DNA of 64,000 bases from NCBI GenBank assembly GCA_964016885.1, contig OZ024756.1:31186001-31250000 (forward strand). Direction: 5' to 3'. Below the pieces are notes generated by a model. That model searched no databases. It saw only the letters and a program-made list of their open reading frames with translations, and was not told the origin of the DNA. Positions 42,780-57,368 of this stretch are shown piece after piece. Origin of the DNA: Eledone cirrhosa. Taxonomy: Eukaryota. The position numbers and the translations under genes are program-made. How positions within the stretch are numbered: position 1 is the first letter of the stretch; each line of letters begins with the position of its first letter.

Positions 42780-42930
42780 ATGACCAACAACAACAACAAC
42801 AACACCGACAACAACAACATCAACACCAACAACAACATCAACACCAACAACAACAACACCACCAACAACAACAACACCACCAACAACAACAACAACACCA
42901 CCAACACCAACAACACCACCAACAATAACT

Positions 42931-42961
<31 letters not shown>

Positions 42962-43172
42962 CAACACCAAAACCACCGACAACACCGACAACACCACCAC
43001 CAACAACAACACCACCGACAACAACACCAATAACAACACCAATAACAACAACACCAACAATACCAACAACAACACCACTGACAACAACAGCAACGCCAAC
43101 AACAGCAACACCGATTATAACAACACCAACAACAACAAGAACACCGATTACAAGAACAGCAACACCAACAAT
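42780..43172. repeat. Degenerate (AAC/ACC)n array
   Basis: Direct inspection. Confidence 0.9.
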
Positions 43173-43397
43173 AAACTTAAGACGAATTCGGTGAATTACA
43201 GAACATTAGTGACATTGATTTTGTTTAGCTGACCTTTTGAGAAAGGGATTTATCATTGACTGCAAGTCTAGAAGTCTAGAAGTAGCTTTTACCACGATTA
43301 TTCTCACCACAAACGCAATTACATGCTTCAGTAAGCGTTTCTTTTAGCACTACTCGTCAGGTATATATAAATGTATTTATATGTATATATATATATA

Positions 43398-43474
<77 letters not shown>

Positions 43475-44233
43475 TGGTATTAGGTATGATGCATAGAACA
43501 AGTGGAGCACTATGTATTCAAATAGAGTTCAATGCGTTATATATAAAGGATTTCAGGCAAAAACACATTATTGTATAACATTGACATGAGTGTATAGAAA
43601 GAGAACATAAAGAGATACTTTATATATACATGGATATATATATATGTGTGTGTGTGTGTCTGCGTGTAGTCTGTGTGTGAGTGAGTGTGTACGGACTAAC
43701 TCACTCACACACTTACATACACACATTCTTATATACACACACATTTGCTCACAGCTTCGTACTTACAAACGCACACGCGTACATTCTTATACTTACATAT
43801 ACGCACACATATGTTCTCAGTTTCGTACGGACGTATACAAACACACAAACACATACACACACACACACGCGCGTGTATGCATACGCACATCTCTATATGC
43901 ACAACAGTTTTTATTTCCTTTCATATAGACGCGCTCGATCACAACACTTTAAAACAAGATTATCTGACACAAAACGACAGCATCAACAATTTTCCTAGAG
44001 ATGGAGACATGAATAAACCTGTTATTTTTCTCTATAATTGTTCGTTTTCTCTCCGCCACTGCCCCTCCACTCAATCTTTCTAGTTCTTCTTTACTTTCTC
44101 ATTCCATTCTATTTTCTGATGAAGGACAAGCGTTCTAAACATTAAAACTTTTTTCCTACTATATCAAACATGAAACTAATAATTTATTTCTTCATTGACT
44201 GTGTCGTTTGTATTTTTATTTCTGTTTGCCTTT

Positions 44234-44990
<757 letters not shown>

Positions 44991-45003
44991 ATATATATAT
45001 ATA

Positions 45004-45135
45004 TAACGAAGGAAGCGTGGTAAGGAGCCGGGTGGATCATAACGCACCAAATTCTCGATACTTAGGTTAGTAGAGTGGGTAATAGAAAAAGTGTCAGGAC
45101 GCCAATGGCTGAACTCCGGCCGTTTCGACAAATAG
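45004..45135 (-). mobile_element. Diverged family B copy (tail and one arm)
   Basis: TAACGAAGGAAGCGTGGTAAGG..GTAGAGTGGGTAATAG..GCCGTTTCGAC. Confidence 0.75.
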
Positions 45136-45466
45136 ATCCGAACAGTATGCACACATGTACATACACACATATATATACAGACATGTGTGTTTGTACATGT
45201 GTGCGTATTGTTTTTAATAATATATTGTATGAAGAGTTTACAGCTGTTAATATATTTTTATAAACGTTTATAATATAACACAATATACTATAATATAATT
45301 TAGTATAATATAATATGATATAATATAATGTAATAAAATGTTATCTAATAGTATATAACGTAATTTCACGAAGTTATAACATTTTGCTGAGTGGTTTAAG
45401 ATGTAGAATGTGATTTTGATTAAATTGTAACACACAAACACACACACACACACAGACACAGACACA

Positions 45467-45535
<69 letters not shown>

Positions 45536-45538
45536 ACA

Positions 45539-45583
<45 letters not shown>

Positions 45584-45586
45584 ACA

Positions 45587-45647
<61 letters not shown>

Positions 45648-45715
45648 TCATATGCTTATATATATATATATATCAAATATATAAGAACTGTAGAGCAAAT
45701 ATTTATTTAAATAAC

Positions 45716-45792
<77 letters not shown>

Positions 45793-45801
45793 ATATATAA
45801 A

Positions 45802-45873
<72 letters not shown>

Positions 45874-45900
45874 CATATATATACATTATATATATATATA

Positions 45901-46166
45901 TAGTGGTGGAACACTGGAAGGTAATATCCGTAGTGGTAGAGCACTCACTCCAAGGGAGGAGTTAGGTAGAAGTGGTTACACAACAGTTAGTTCACCATAC
46001 CGAGAACAATTGTTTCACCTTCGCGGATCTTCAGCTCGGGATGTGTATGGTTATAGGAACAGGAAGGACAACACCGTTCCTATAACCATACACATCCCGA
46101 GCTGAAGATCCGCGAAGGTGAAACAATTGTTCTCGGTATGGTGAACTAACTGTTGTGTAACCACTT
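45901..46166 (-). mobile_element. Penelope-like hairpin mini-element, family G (91 bp perfect arms plus 69 bp tail)
   Basis: Arms 45970-46060 and 46076-46166; (TA)n on both sides. Confidence 0.88.
46097..46136 (+). ncRNA. Minimal type I hammerhead ribozyme (mirror copy on minus strand 46000-46039)
   Basis: CCGAG-CTGAAGA-TCC gcgaa GGT-GAAA-CAATTG-TT-CTCGG: intact core, 5 bp helix I, palindromic helix/loop III. Confidence 0.88.
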
Positions 46167-46642
46167 ATATATATATATATGTATATATTATATATAAATA
46201 TATATATAGAGGGAGGGGGCAGAGAAAAGAGAGAGAAAAGGAGAGAGGGAGAGATAACGAGACCGAGTCTGTTGACAGAATAGAGAATAGAGACTGCTTG
46301 TCGTGACGTGACGTGACGTTATCAGTTGCTTCTTATGAATATTCATGAGAGTCCCATAATCGAATTTCATATGACATTTATAATCGTGGTATTATGAACC
46401 CGAGTTAACAACCTGCTTTTAAAGCAATTTAATCTGAATCCCCTTATGTCTCAAGAACGGCCATTAAATCTGAGATTTATAGTAATAATTAAAGTTTGAA
46501 ACTGGTTTCGCTTGAAAAGATCTTTTGGCAAACGTCCATTGAAGGTCAGTAACTCTGAGGTCGAAACAAGCTTTGTATATATTAAAATACAATTTCAAAA
46601 TCTCTTGTTAATCAACAATACGTTAAAATGATGTCCTTATCG

Positions 46643-46695
<53 letters not shown>

Positions 46696-47163
46696 ACTGC
46701 TGCTGTTGGTGGTGGTGGTGGTGGTGGTGGTGGTGTTAGTGGCGTTGGTGGTGTTAGTGGCGGTGTTGTTGCTGGTGCTAGTAGTGTTGGTGGTATTGGT
46801 GGTGGTGGTGTTAGTGGTGGTGGTGGTGGTGGTGGTGGTGGTGGTGGTGGTGGTGGTGGTGGTAGTAGCGTTGGTGCTAGTGTTAATGGTGGTGGTGGTG
46901 GTGGTAGTGGTGGTAGAGTTGAACGTGTTTACTCTCTTCATCTATGCTTGTTGCATAGTAACTACCATTCGTATGTATGATTTAATACGTCAAAAGGAGG
47001 TTGTTTGTTCGACTGGTTGGTTGGTTGGCTGGGTGGGTGGGTTTCTGGCTGGCTGGTTCAATCACCTGACACTTGTAATATGATAGAACTGATCGATCAC
47101 GTTCATGTTCAAATATATTTCTGCATGACTTTATTCATGTCCGTCGTGCGGATAAACGACGAC

Positions 47164-47286
<123 letters not shown>

Positions 47287-47374
47287 CGAGAGAGTATGTG
47301 CCTGAGGTGTTGAGACAGCGGAGGCTGCAAATCATGGGAGCCTTGAAAAGAGTTGCTGAACACAAACACAAACC

Positions 47375-47414
<40 letters not shown>

Positions 47415-47432
47415 TGTATTTATATATATTTA

Positions 47433-47508
<76 letters not shown>

Positions 47509-47512
<4 letters not shown>

Positions 47513-47680
47513 TTATAAGAATCAAAGAACTGTTCAAAACATTTTTATGCTTACAACTGTTTCCTCCAAACCGAGGTTTGGGTTCTTCGGAGCAATTTAT
47601 TATTGAATGACAACACTTATATGACCTCCTTTTCACCCAATAGACATACAGATACATATGCAAATATTGTGGGTCAACAT
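47509..47680 (-). mobile_element. Family D copy with variant hammerhead at 47548-47594
   Basis: Homologous to 44757-44910; starts at (TA)n. Confidence 0.75.
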
Positions 47681-47889
47681 TCATTTTTGCATTTATAGGT
47701 TCTCCTTGTAGTTGCGACCGATAGAAAGTTTTAGCAATTCGAAAAGCGAACGGAAACATCCGGTCCGATTTGACGAAAGTCGAACGATTATTTATATATA
47801 TAGGGATCGATGCAGATCGAACCTTGAGCTGATAAATTGCGAAACGTGCGTCACTACTCAATAAACGTAATGAAGTCATAACAAATATT

Positions 47890-48150
47890 CCTGTCTTCCG
47901 TCAGACATTTTCGTAGCATTTACTTCAGTGTTTTGTCCATCAGATGTTGTCCTCTGTTCTGGTTAAATATTCTTCCAACGTCCACTCTGTTTTTGTTATA
48001 TTCTCGAGTATAATATCATCCTGGCTCCTATTTTCTTACTTAGTGGTTCTTTTCATCAATCTAATGCCCAGTATTCTAGTTTAATATTCTGCCACACTCT
48101 TGGATATATGCTTCTGTCAATCGCCTGTATAAATTTCGTCATTTCCTTTT
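47890..48150 (-). mobile_element. Highly decayed RTE-like ORF2 C-terminal relic
   Basis: Frame-broken RILGIRL...ITKTEWTLEEYLTRTEDNI*WTK, resembling the RTE motif KW.WAGH..R..DNRWTK. Confidence 0.4.
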
Positions 48151-49364
48151 TATTCTCACTTCTGGTTCATCTGGTTCGTCTTCCATGTTTCATTCTCAGC
48201 TAACCAAAACTTCAATTCGCAACATCTATTGAATGCTTTTCTTTTTAAAGATAGGAGAATTATTTTGTCACGAAATCTATTACTATATCTTCCGAAATAT
48301 ACAGCCATTATTCTTCTCAGATATCATTATTATTAACGTTATTCAATCATTAAAGTTCTTTAAAAGTCCTTCAATTCTACATAGACCGGCTGTAAAGGAA
48401 AACTATGCAGATTTCAAAAGAACCATGAAATACCGAGTTACATTTCTGTTAATTACATATCTATCTATTCTCAATATATATATATATAACATATATTTAA
48501 TACATACATACCTATGATATACTTCTCTATTATATATCTATATCTATCCATTAAATATCTATATATCCCCTATCGATCTATTACACACCTCTCTGTTACA
48601 TATATAACTATGTAAGCAACACAATAGCTTTTTTCATTATAGTAGCAAATATCAGGTGAGCAATTCCTTTTGTATAAGAGTCACCATTTTATTTCAGAAT
48701 ACATTTTATTACAGTCTTCTGTTGCAGCCAAAAGATAGTATCTGCAATGAAATGTCCAATAAAAACATTTGTTTCCTTGGTCCGATCTGACGACCCATTA
48801 TTTTTCTCTTCCGCCATCTCTTTTTATAAAAGTTTACATATTACAATGGTTGCTTTAAAAGTTGTAACGTCTTCAGTATGCAGTTATGAGTCGTGATTTC
48901 GATTCTTTTACTGGATGGTGAATGGTGATCTTGAATAAGACACGTTCTATTATGTAACTCCAGTCTGCTCCGCTGGGCAAAAGAATGTAATTTTCACTGA
49001 AATTTAAAAGACTCTGCCAAGCCACATACTCAGCGACACTGAATCTTCCTGAGAAATACGTTAATGGTATACATGTCTGTAGAATGCTAGACCATTTGAA
49101 CGATAACTTCATGAACTGGTTGTTTCATTATTCTAACACCACAAACACACGTCGATGGAATGGAAGTTGTTTTAAGACACACATACATATGAGTGGGTTT
49201 CTGTGTGTGTGTGTGAGTATATATGTATATATGTGTATATATTCACACCTGAAGATATATGTATATGCACACACACACACACACATATATATAAATATAT
49301 ATATAGTAATAATAAATGTGAAGACTAAATTTAATTTGTTCTTACAATATATATATACATACAT

Positions 49365-49770
49365 ATATGGTGGCTGCCAACTCGTTTTCGAGTACGAACA
49401 CTACTTTATATCCATGTAGCAGAACCACTACCGATGCGCTGAACGAGTGTGACTATTTAGTCCAAACAGCGGCTTGAAAACTCTGGTACAAATCTACACT
49501 TGTGACAATTACTGACACATAGTGCTGGGCCCATGGTACCATGTGATGACAAGTGCAGAGAGATCTCCAGATATAAAGCAATGCCTGTGCCGTGAAACTT
49601 TTATAGTGAGCAAAGGCACTGCACAAAGCCAGTCCCACTCTCTTAACCAAGATGATATTTACCAAAAAGAAGAACAGGTCAACATCATTGGATACCATCA
49701 GGGTTGCAGGTGTTATATCAGAGTTTTCCTTCTCCTAGAATTCTGCCTTGACAAAGGTTTAGGGGTCATC
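49365..49770 (-). mobile_element. Short non-autonomous RTE-related element (3' part repeated at 51683-51840)
   Basis: Minus strand CTAGGAGAAGGAAAACTCTGAT (RTE 5' motif); related to 33605-33963. Confidence 0.6.
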
Positions 49771-49816
49771 TCTCATCATATATATATAAATACATATATA
49801 CACACATACATACATG

Positions 49817-49855
<39 letters not shown>

Positions 49856-49879
49856 ATAATATTGTATTACATTACATTA

Positions 49880-50049
49880 TGAGGGTCGGGCGCCATGCTT
49901 TGACGCATAGAGTTACGGCCCTTGCCATTCTGAGTTCAAATCCGGCCGAGGTTAACTTTGCAGTTCATCCTTACGGGGTCGATAAAATAAAGTACCAGTA
50001 ATGCACTGGGATAATTGCTGGCCTGGTGCCAAAAGTAGAAACAATTATA
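49880..50049 (+). mobile_element. SINE family 1, 5'-truncated
   Basis: Consensus match; followed by about 3.5 copies of a ~31 bp unit (50066-50181). Confidence 0.88.
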
Positions 50050-51019
50050 ATACATATCACATGTGTATATGTATGTATATATTAAATTACATACTATATA
50101 TGTATGTATATATTAAATTACATACTATATATGTATGTATATATTAAATTACATACTATATATGTATGTATATATTAAATTCCTTCGTGTCATTGCCTTG
50201 CATATTGTTTTTGGATCTTAGATGTTATTGATGAGAAATTTGTTCAGAGGCGTTCCATATTCTAGGTTAAATACGATGAGGGGTTTCTCTTGAAACTATT
50301 AAGTACACATTTTCTTAATGGCGGTTATACCATATAAATGGCCGATATTTATCACTTAATACGATATGGATATTTCAATTAACATTGATATTACATTTAT
50401 CACCCGATAACTCTGACACACATACAAAAACATAACCGGACCAAAATCTATAAAACAACAATACCAATATCAATTATAAAAAAATATATATATAATTCAC
50501 GAGTAAAAATATTAACATTGATATTACATTTATCACAATAACACTGTCACAAATATGAACAAAATAAAAATATCAAAGTATAAATAACAGCAACGACAAT
50601 TATATAAAATAACCAAAAATATATCAAAATATAACTGGGAAGAAAATGGCAATTATATATAGATATATAAGGTTTTTAAAATGTCAAATGTATAAGAGAG
50701 AAAAAACATGAAACTAGAGAAATATGAACAAATATATCATCGAGAACTACAATACCAACATCAACAACAATATAACAACAACAATATCACAATTATAATA
50801 CCAACATCAACAACAATATCAACTAGACCAACTTCAATAACTACAGTTATGTAACAACAACAACAGTAGCAACATTACCAAAATCAGTAACAGCATAACA
50901 ACAACTACATCACAACTACAATAGCAATATCAACAACAATATAAGCATGAACAATATCAACAACAATATAAGCATGAACAACAATATAAGCATGAACAAC
51001 AACTCCAGTACATGTAACA

Positions 51020-51545
51020 ACAGCAATTGTTGTTTGGGACCACACATTGAAAACGTGCTCCGTTGTAGAGATCATCTGCCCAATTGATGTCAACTTTACA
51101 AGAGAAGGAGGACATATACGGACTATTGAAGATGAGTTTGAAGAACCAGTCTCGAGGATACACTTTCAGCTTCATACCCATCATTATTGGAGCTACAGGT
51201 CGATTGAAAGGGCGGTGGATTGGCAGTATCGGTAGAGGGTCGGACACCATGCTTTGCAGCATAGTTACGTCCCTTTACGATCTGAGTTCAAATCCCGCCG
51301 AGGTTGACTTTGCCTTTCATCCTTACGGGGCCGATAAAATAAAGTACCAGTAATGCACTGGGTAATTGCTGGCCTTGTGCCTAACGTAGAAACAATTATT
51401 GGAGCTACAGGTTATATACCAACACGCTAGGACCAAAGTAGGACTGAAATTGGATTTATGGACAAAGAGCACAGCTCCCTAACTCATAGACTATAAAGGC
51501 TGCAAAAGCTGGCACCTTCAAAATGTACAAAAATTCTTGCGATTC
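51020..51545 (+). pseudogene. Decayed REL-endonuclease 3' end of an older LINE, split by a SINE
   Basis: IVVWDHTLKTCSVVEIICPIDVN / YGLL...YTFSFIPIIIGATG, continuing after the SINE as IIGATGYIP. Confidence 0.7.
51211..51400 (+). mobile_element. SINE family 1 with 18 bp target-site duplication
   Basis: ATTATTGGAGCTACAGGT at 51183-51200 and 51395-51412. Confidence 0.92.
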
Positions 51546-52229
51546 AAGGGATGACAATTTCTTTTCTTTTACAAACTTGCCACCAGGAAGATAGCCGGGA
51601 AAAAATGTACTCGAAATTATGAGAAAGAGAGAGAGACATACATACATACATACATACATACATACACACATACATACATACATGGTGGCTGCCAACTCGG
51701 CCACTACTTTATATCCGTGTGGAAGAACCCCTACCGATGCGCTTTAACGAGTGTGGCTTTTTAGTCCGGCCAGCGACTTAAAAACTCTGGTACAAACACT
51801 ACACTTGCGATAATTATTCACACCTAGTGCTGGACCCATACATACATACATACATATATACGTACATGCATACATACATACGTACATGAATATATACGTT
51901 GGTGTATATGAGTGTGTATGTTTGTTAGCTATTATGTAATCAATTGAAATCTCAGTAACCTCGGATCATGGGAGTATATAAAGATACCAAAAACTAACTT
52001 AAGGGAAGTATTTTTAAATATATGAAACAAAAGAATTCACTAAAGGAAACAAAATATCAAACCATAACATCTTGCTTCCAACAGTTGAACTGAAATAACT
52101 CAGCTTACACAACAGGAGTAGGACTAAATATCCAATACATATATACATATGTATGTATGTGTGTATGTGTGTATGTATGTATGTATGTATGTATGTATGT
52201 ATGTATGTATGTATGTATGTATGTATGTA

Positions 52230-52301
<72 letters not shown>

Positions 52302-52388
52302 TACGTAGATATATACATATAAATATATTTGTAAATATGTGTATATGTGTGTGTACATGTGTACATACATACATACACACACGCACAT

Positions 52389-52442
<54 letters not shown>

Positions 52443-52763
52443 TCAACAGACATATCGATCGTTGAAATTCTTCAGAAATGGCGAAGAAAGGAAAACAGTT
52501 GGAATGACATCATCCATTTTGTATTTTAGTTATTTTCAAAATAGTCATTTTTATTCTGTACATCACGGGCGAAACTTCTATAGAAATAGAGAAACACTGG
52601 AGACATTGCTACTGCTGTTACCCCTGATGTGTTTCTTGCTGTTGTTGTTGATGTTGTTGTTGTTATTGACTTACCCTTTCGAAAACAAACCATTCGAAAC
52701 TGGCCTGGGTTTTACGATATAAAACTGTTTATTTGCATTTATTAATATTATCTAAAAATGAAA

Positions 52764-52813
<50 letters not shown>

Positions 52814-53075
52814 CAATTTAAAAACAACTCGGTAGAGAGCTTATTCGTTTTGTGCGGTTTTTGCAAATGTTTGCAATAACTACACATGCTGAATTCACTG
52901 GCCAAAATAGGGGATTCCTCCCCTTAGAATCTCACATGTGCTTTCATGTGCTTTCACAGTGGAACCAACCAACCAACCAACCGGAAATTTATAAATTTAA
53001 TTTATAATAAATTAGAGTGAAAGCAACTGGTGCGTGTGTTTCTTATTGGCAACATGACCCTCCCAAAGCATAACA

Positions 53076-53158
<83 letters not shown>

Positions 53159-53716
53159 GCTATGACAGGGGTCCAACAAGTGGTTTTATTAATCTATTTG
53201 AGAGTAAGCAGTATAATAATATTATACTGCTTACTCTCAAAGAGATAACTTAGGCATTGTGTTGATAGTAATAAGTTTGGAATTATGTATTGCCACAGAG
53301 AGCAGGTTAATAGATGTGGAGAAGGAGGGAGAATGCATATATATATATGCATGAATTCAAATCTAAAAGAAAGCCGTAATTAATCTAATGCAAACGCTTT
53401 ATAAAATTGATGGTATAACCAGAGTTGACAAAAGGTTAGAAACAAAGACAATAACTTCAATTCACATAACTGTACATGGAATATATGGAAGGGAGAAAAT
53501 AATGACGTAAAGACTGGGTAATAATAGGAAATGAGAGCAGATTCATAGGAAGTAGTTTTAACCAAGAGATCACGTTTTTCAGTTCACTTTGTATAATTTG
53601 CAATGTAGGCAGTATTTTTAGAAATGGCGGTTATTTGAGAGTAGATGATAGTGTAATGTGGATTGAACAATCTAGATTGAAGCATGTTAAACTGACGTTG
53701 GTGTTTGTGTAAATAT

Positions 53717-53748
<32 letters not shown>

Positions 53749-53752
<4 letters not shown>

Positions 53753-53942
53753 AAAAAGTAAGACCTCGACGGCAGAGCTCAAGCCGTTTCGACGGCTATT
53801 TCTGGACAAAAATAGCCGTCGAAACAGCTTGAGCTCTGCCGTCGGGGTCTTACTTTTTCCTATTTCCAACGCTACTACTCTAAATATTGAGTACTCTGGT
53901 GCGTTATGGTCCATCTGGTTCCTTACCACAATTCCTTTGTTA
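53749..53942 (+). mobile_element. Penelope-like hairpin mini-element, family B
   Basis: Homolog of 7176-7369 with (TA)n flanks. Confidence 0.85.
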
Positions 53943-54053
53943 TATATATATGCCCGAAACGTCGTCCCCTACCAACACCCCACTCTCCAGAGCGTGAAAT
54001 TAATAAACATTTGTTGTACTGCCTCTCTGTTTTGTCCCTGTTCAAATTTTTCC

Positions 54054-54118
<65 letters not shown>

Positions 54119-54165
54119 ACTTATACATATATATAAACTTATACATACATAATATATATATATAT

Positions 54166-54344
54166 GTTTATCCCCGGTTAAATGGGGAGTAACCACAGTA
54201 AATAAGGTACTCAATACATAGCAGAGTATAAATATTTAATATAGAAATGGCTTCTACAGGATTAGAACTGTTTCATTCGTGGTCTTTCCTGATGATTTCT
54301 TCCGAATAAAACAGCTCTAGTCCTTTAGAAGCCATTTCTATATT
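54166..54344 (-). mobile_element. Family A hairpin element
   Basis: Same tail as 2870-2936; inverted arms around CCTGATGATTTC; a further variant at 54754-54905. Confidence 0.82.
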
Positions 54345-54614
54345 ATATATATATAAACTTATACATACATATATATATATTGATAGATAGATAACTTTCT
54401 TTTTATTTGCCACCAGGGCATCAAAGAGTGGGACAAGTACAATGGGGGAGTTTACATAGAAAGGCGTCCTCACTAAGGAGGAGGCAATAACAAGATATAA
54501 AAATATAAAATATAAAATATAACAAAAATAAATTGAAAAACAAAATCCTCAATAGGGAGGAGGCGCCTTGGGGCTGTCACACACCCCCGAAAAAAGTGTG
54601 CAACCCTTCTCCTC

Positions 54615-54666
<52 letters not shown>

Positions 54667-54958
54667 TAGATAGATATGTGTATGTGAGTCACGGGTTCAG
54701 TCGTAGGTAGCCATATTAAATAAGGTATTCTACACATTGCTATAGTTTTGACATCATGTTTAATATAGAAGGAATATCCTGATGATTTATTTTGAAATAA
54801 CAGTTCTGGTCCTGTAGAAGCTATTTCTACATTAAACATGATAAGCTTTCTTCTTATTTATAAGTACCCCTTATCCAGCAACTGCACAGCCCCTGTTTCT
54901 TCTTATATATATATATGGATTTTAGTCTTCACATTCATTATTATTACTACATATATAA

Positions 54959-55150
54959 GGCGGTGGATTGGCAGTATCGGTAGAGGGTCGGACGCCATGC
55001 TTTGACGTATAGAGTTACGGCCCTTGCCATTCGGAGTTCAAATCCCGCCGAGGTTAGCTTTGCCTTTCATCCTTACGGGGTCGATAAAATAAAGTACCAT
55101 TAATGCACTGGGTAATTGCTGGCCTTGTGCCTAACGTAGAAACAATTATT
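54959..55150 (+). mobile_element. SINE family 1
   Basis: Full consensus match. Confidence 0.9.
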
Positions 55151-55482
55151 ACTATACATATATATATATATATGAGTGTCTGCAAATAGTAAACAGATAT
55201 AACGAAGCAAGCGGTGCAGTACAACGAAGAAATATTTTGGTTTAACGCGTGATATAGCAGGAAAAGAGTCTTAATCTTACGCACACCAGTTACGTACAGT
55301 TAGTACTTATTTATACAGATTTTTGTCCACTAGGTCTTCATTTCTTTTGCTTTCTTTACTTTGTTTAAACTCCCATGCTGTTCAATCATCTCTTTTCGTG
55401 TTCTATACATGTCATTGTTATCCTTCCTCTCAGTATGTATATGTTTATATATATGGCTTGCCTGTGCATGTGTAAAAAAAAT

Positions 55483-55513
<31 letters not shown>

Positions 55514-56526
55514 AAGAGGGGCTAAACGTGCAAGCGAGAGAGAGAGGGGAGATAGATAGATAGATCGAAACAGAGAGAGGGGTGGGCAGGTAACAACAAG
55601 AGAAATACAGAAACGCACAAAGAATGGGGTGAGATATAATGAGAGTATTAGACAGTGATTAATGGCCGTCTTTGTGGAGAATATATATGCATACATACAT
55701 ACACACACACATATATATATATATATATACACATATGCACCTATGTGTAGTGTATATGTATATATTATGTATTTTTATGAGAATATAAGTGTGTGTTTTG
55801 TGTGAATTTATATCTATACCTATACGCGCAATGTTCCTTTTGAACAATCACAAAGATGGTGCGTGCTAGGATGAAATTTGTTATCTTACTTTTCAATTAA
55901 AAGTCAGACAAACAATTTCTGAACTAACGACTGAATTCCACTTTGGTATTGACGACGTGACATTTAAGAAGATGTTAGTCTCCTGAGGAATTCCTTATCA
56001 AATCTCTTGTTACTATTACTATTGCTTTCCTAGACGACTGCCCATTAATGTCCTTTAATACTTGTCCATCCATTTGTCCGGAGTGAAGGCGTCCAGATTT
56101 GAGGTTAGCGTGATCGTCTCCCCATTGTAAGTTCGTGAGTTCGAATCCAGGGTCATGCAACATGTTTTTATATGAAGCTGTATAAGTTGGCTCAACTTAA
56201 AAGTAGAAATAGAATTTAGCTTCAGTATAACATTATACTTATATGTATGTGGAGTTCGTGTATCTAAAGATATACTGTATGTTTCATGAATAAACATTTT
56301 GAAAGTCCAGCTATGAATATTGAAATACTAACGGTCAGCTCCGTCTAGTGGATTCCAGAAGAAGCAGCAAGGGATAACTGTCTATACGTTAGCTGATGGC
56401 TCTCATCATGACAGTGCATCCTAAGGGAAGATGGAACTTGAAAACAGCTTCTTATGCAAATGAGGCTAATCAGCCTACCTACATTATATATATATATATA
56501 TGTGTGTGTGTGTATGTGTGTGTATG

Positions 56527-56568
<42 letters not shown>

Positions 56569-56572
56569 TGAA

Positions 56573-56785
56573 GGGGTGTGGCTGAGTGGTTAGAGAATTG
56601 GATTCGCAATCATAAGGTTGTGAGTTCGATTCCTGGACCAGGCGATGCGTTATGTTCTTGAGCAAGACACTTTATTTCACGTTGCTCCTTCTACCTGGAG
56701 TTGCTACCGATAGATAATATTAGCAATTGGAAAGACCAACGGAAACATTGTACCCTCGGTCCGATTTGACGAAAGTCGATCGTTC
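56573..56785 (+). mobile_element. tRNA-derived SINE family 2 (CORE-like box)
   Basis: TGGCTGAGTGG, GAGTTCGATTCC, TTGAGCAAGACACTTT; homolog of 40065-40275. Confidence 0.82.
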
Positions 56786-56812
56786 CTTTATATATATATA
56801 TATAAATATATA

Positions 56813-56843
<31 letters not shown>

Positions 56844-56844
<1 letters not shown>

Positions 56845-56915
56845 AGTAGTATCACAACAACAGTTATTTCACCATACCGAGAACAAATGTTTCACCTTAC
56901 GGATCTTCAGCTCAG
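56844..56915 (-). mobile_element. Family G single arm with hammerhead
   Basis: Minus strand GAG-CTGAAGA-TCCgtaaGGT-GAAA-CATTTG-TT-CTC. Confidence 0.78.
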
Positions 56916-57195
56916 TCATATATATATGCAGAGAGAGAGAGAGAGTCTGCGCTCCTGAAAAGTTGGAGGGGCACTAACCGTGAGAGTACTCTCTCAATGC
57001 TTGAGGAAATGCAGTGTGGGTATAGGGATCGGTAAAACGCCAACCTCGTTTCAAGCGGTTGCAGCCTGGCGACTTGCGTCCGGAATTTACATATTTCTCT
57101 TTCTCTCTCTCTCTTTCTCTCTCTCTCTCTATATATATATATTTCATTCTCTCTGTCTCTCTGTCTCTCTCAGCGTATATATATATATATATATA

Positions 57196-57368
57196 CGTTT
57201 ATCCCGAGTTCAACGGGGGTAATTACAGTTAGTAAGGTACTCAATATATAACAGAGTATAAATATTTACTATAAAAAAAGGCTTCTACAGGACTGTTTCA
57301 TTCGGGAGAGTGATGATTTCTCCCGAATGAAACAGTTCTCGTCCTGTAGAAGCCATTTCTATATTAAA
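57196..57368 (-). mobile_element. Family A hairpin element
   Basis: Tail homologous to 2870-2936; arms meet at the TGATGA core. Confidence 0.82.

Noticed and set aside
51211-51300. tRNA gene suggested by A and B boxes
   Set aside because: No cloverleaf; continues into the SINE core and is multi-copy with target duplications.
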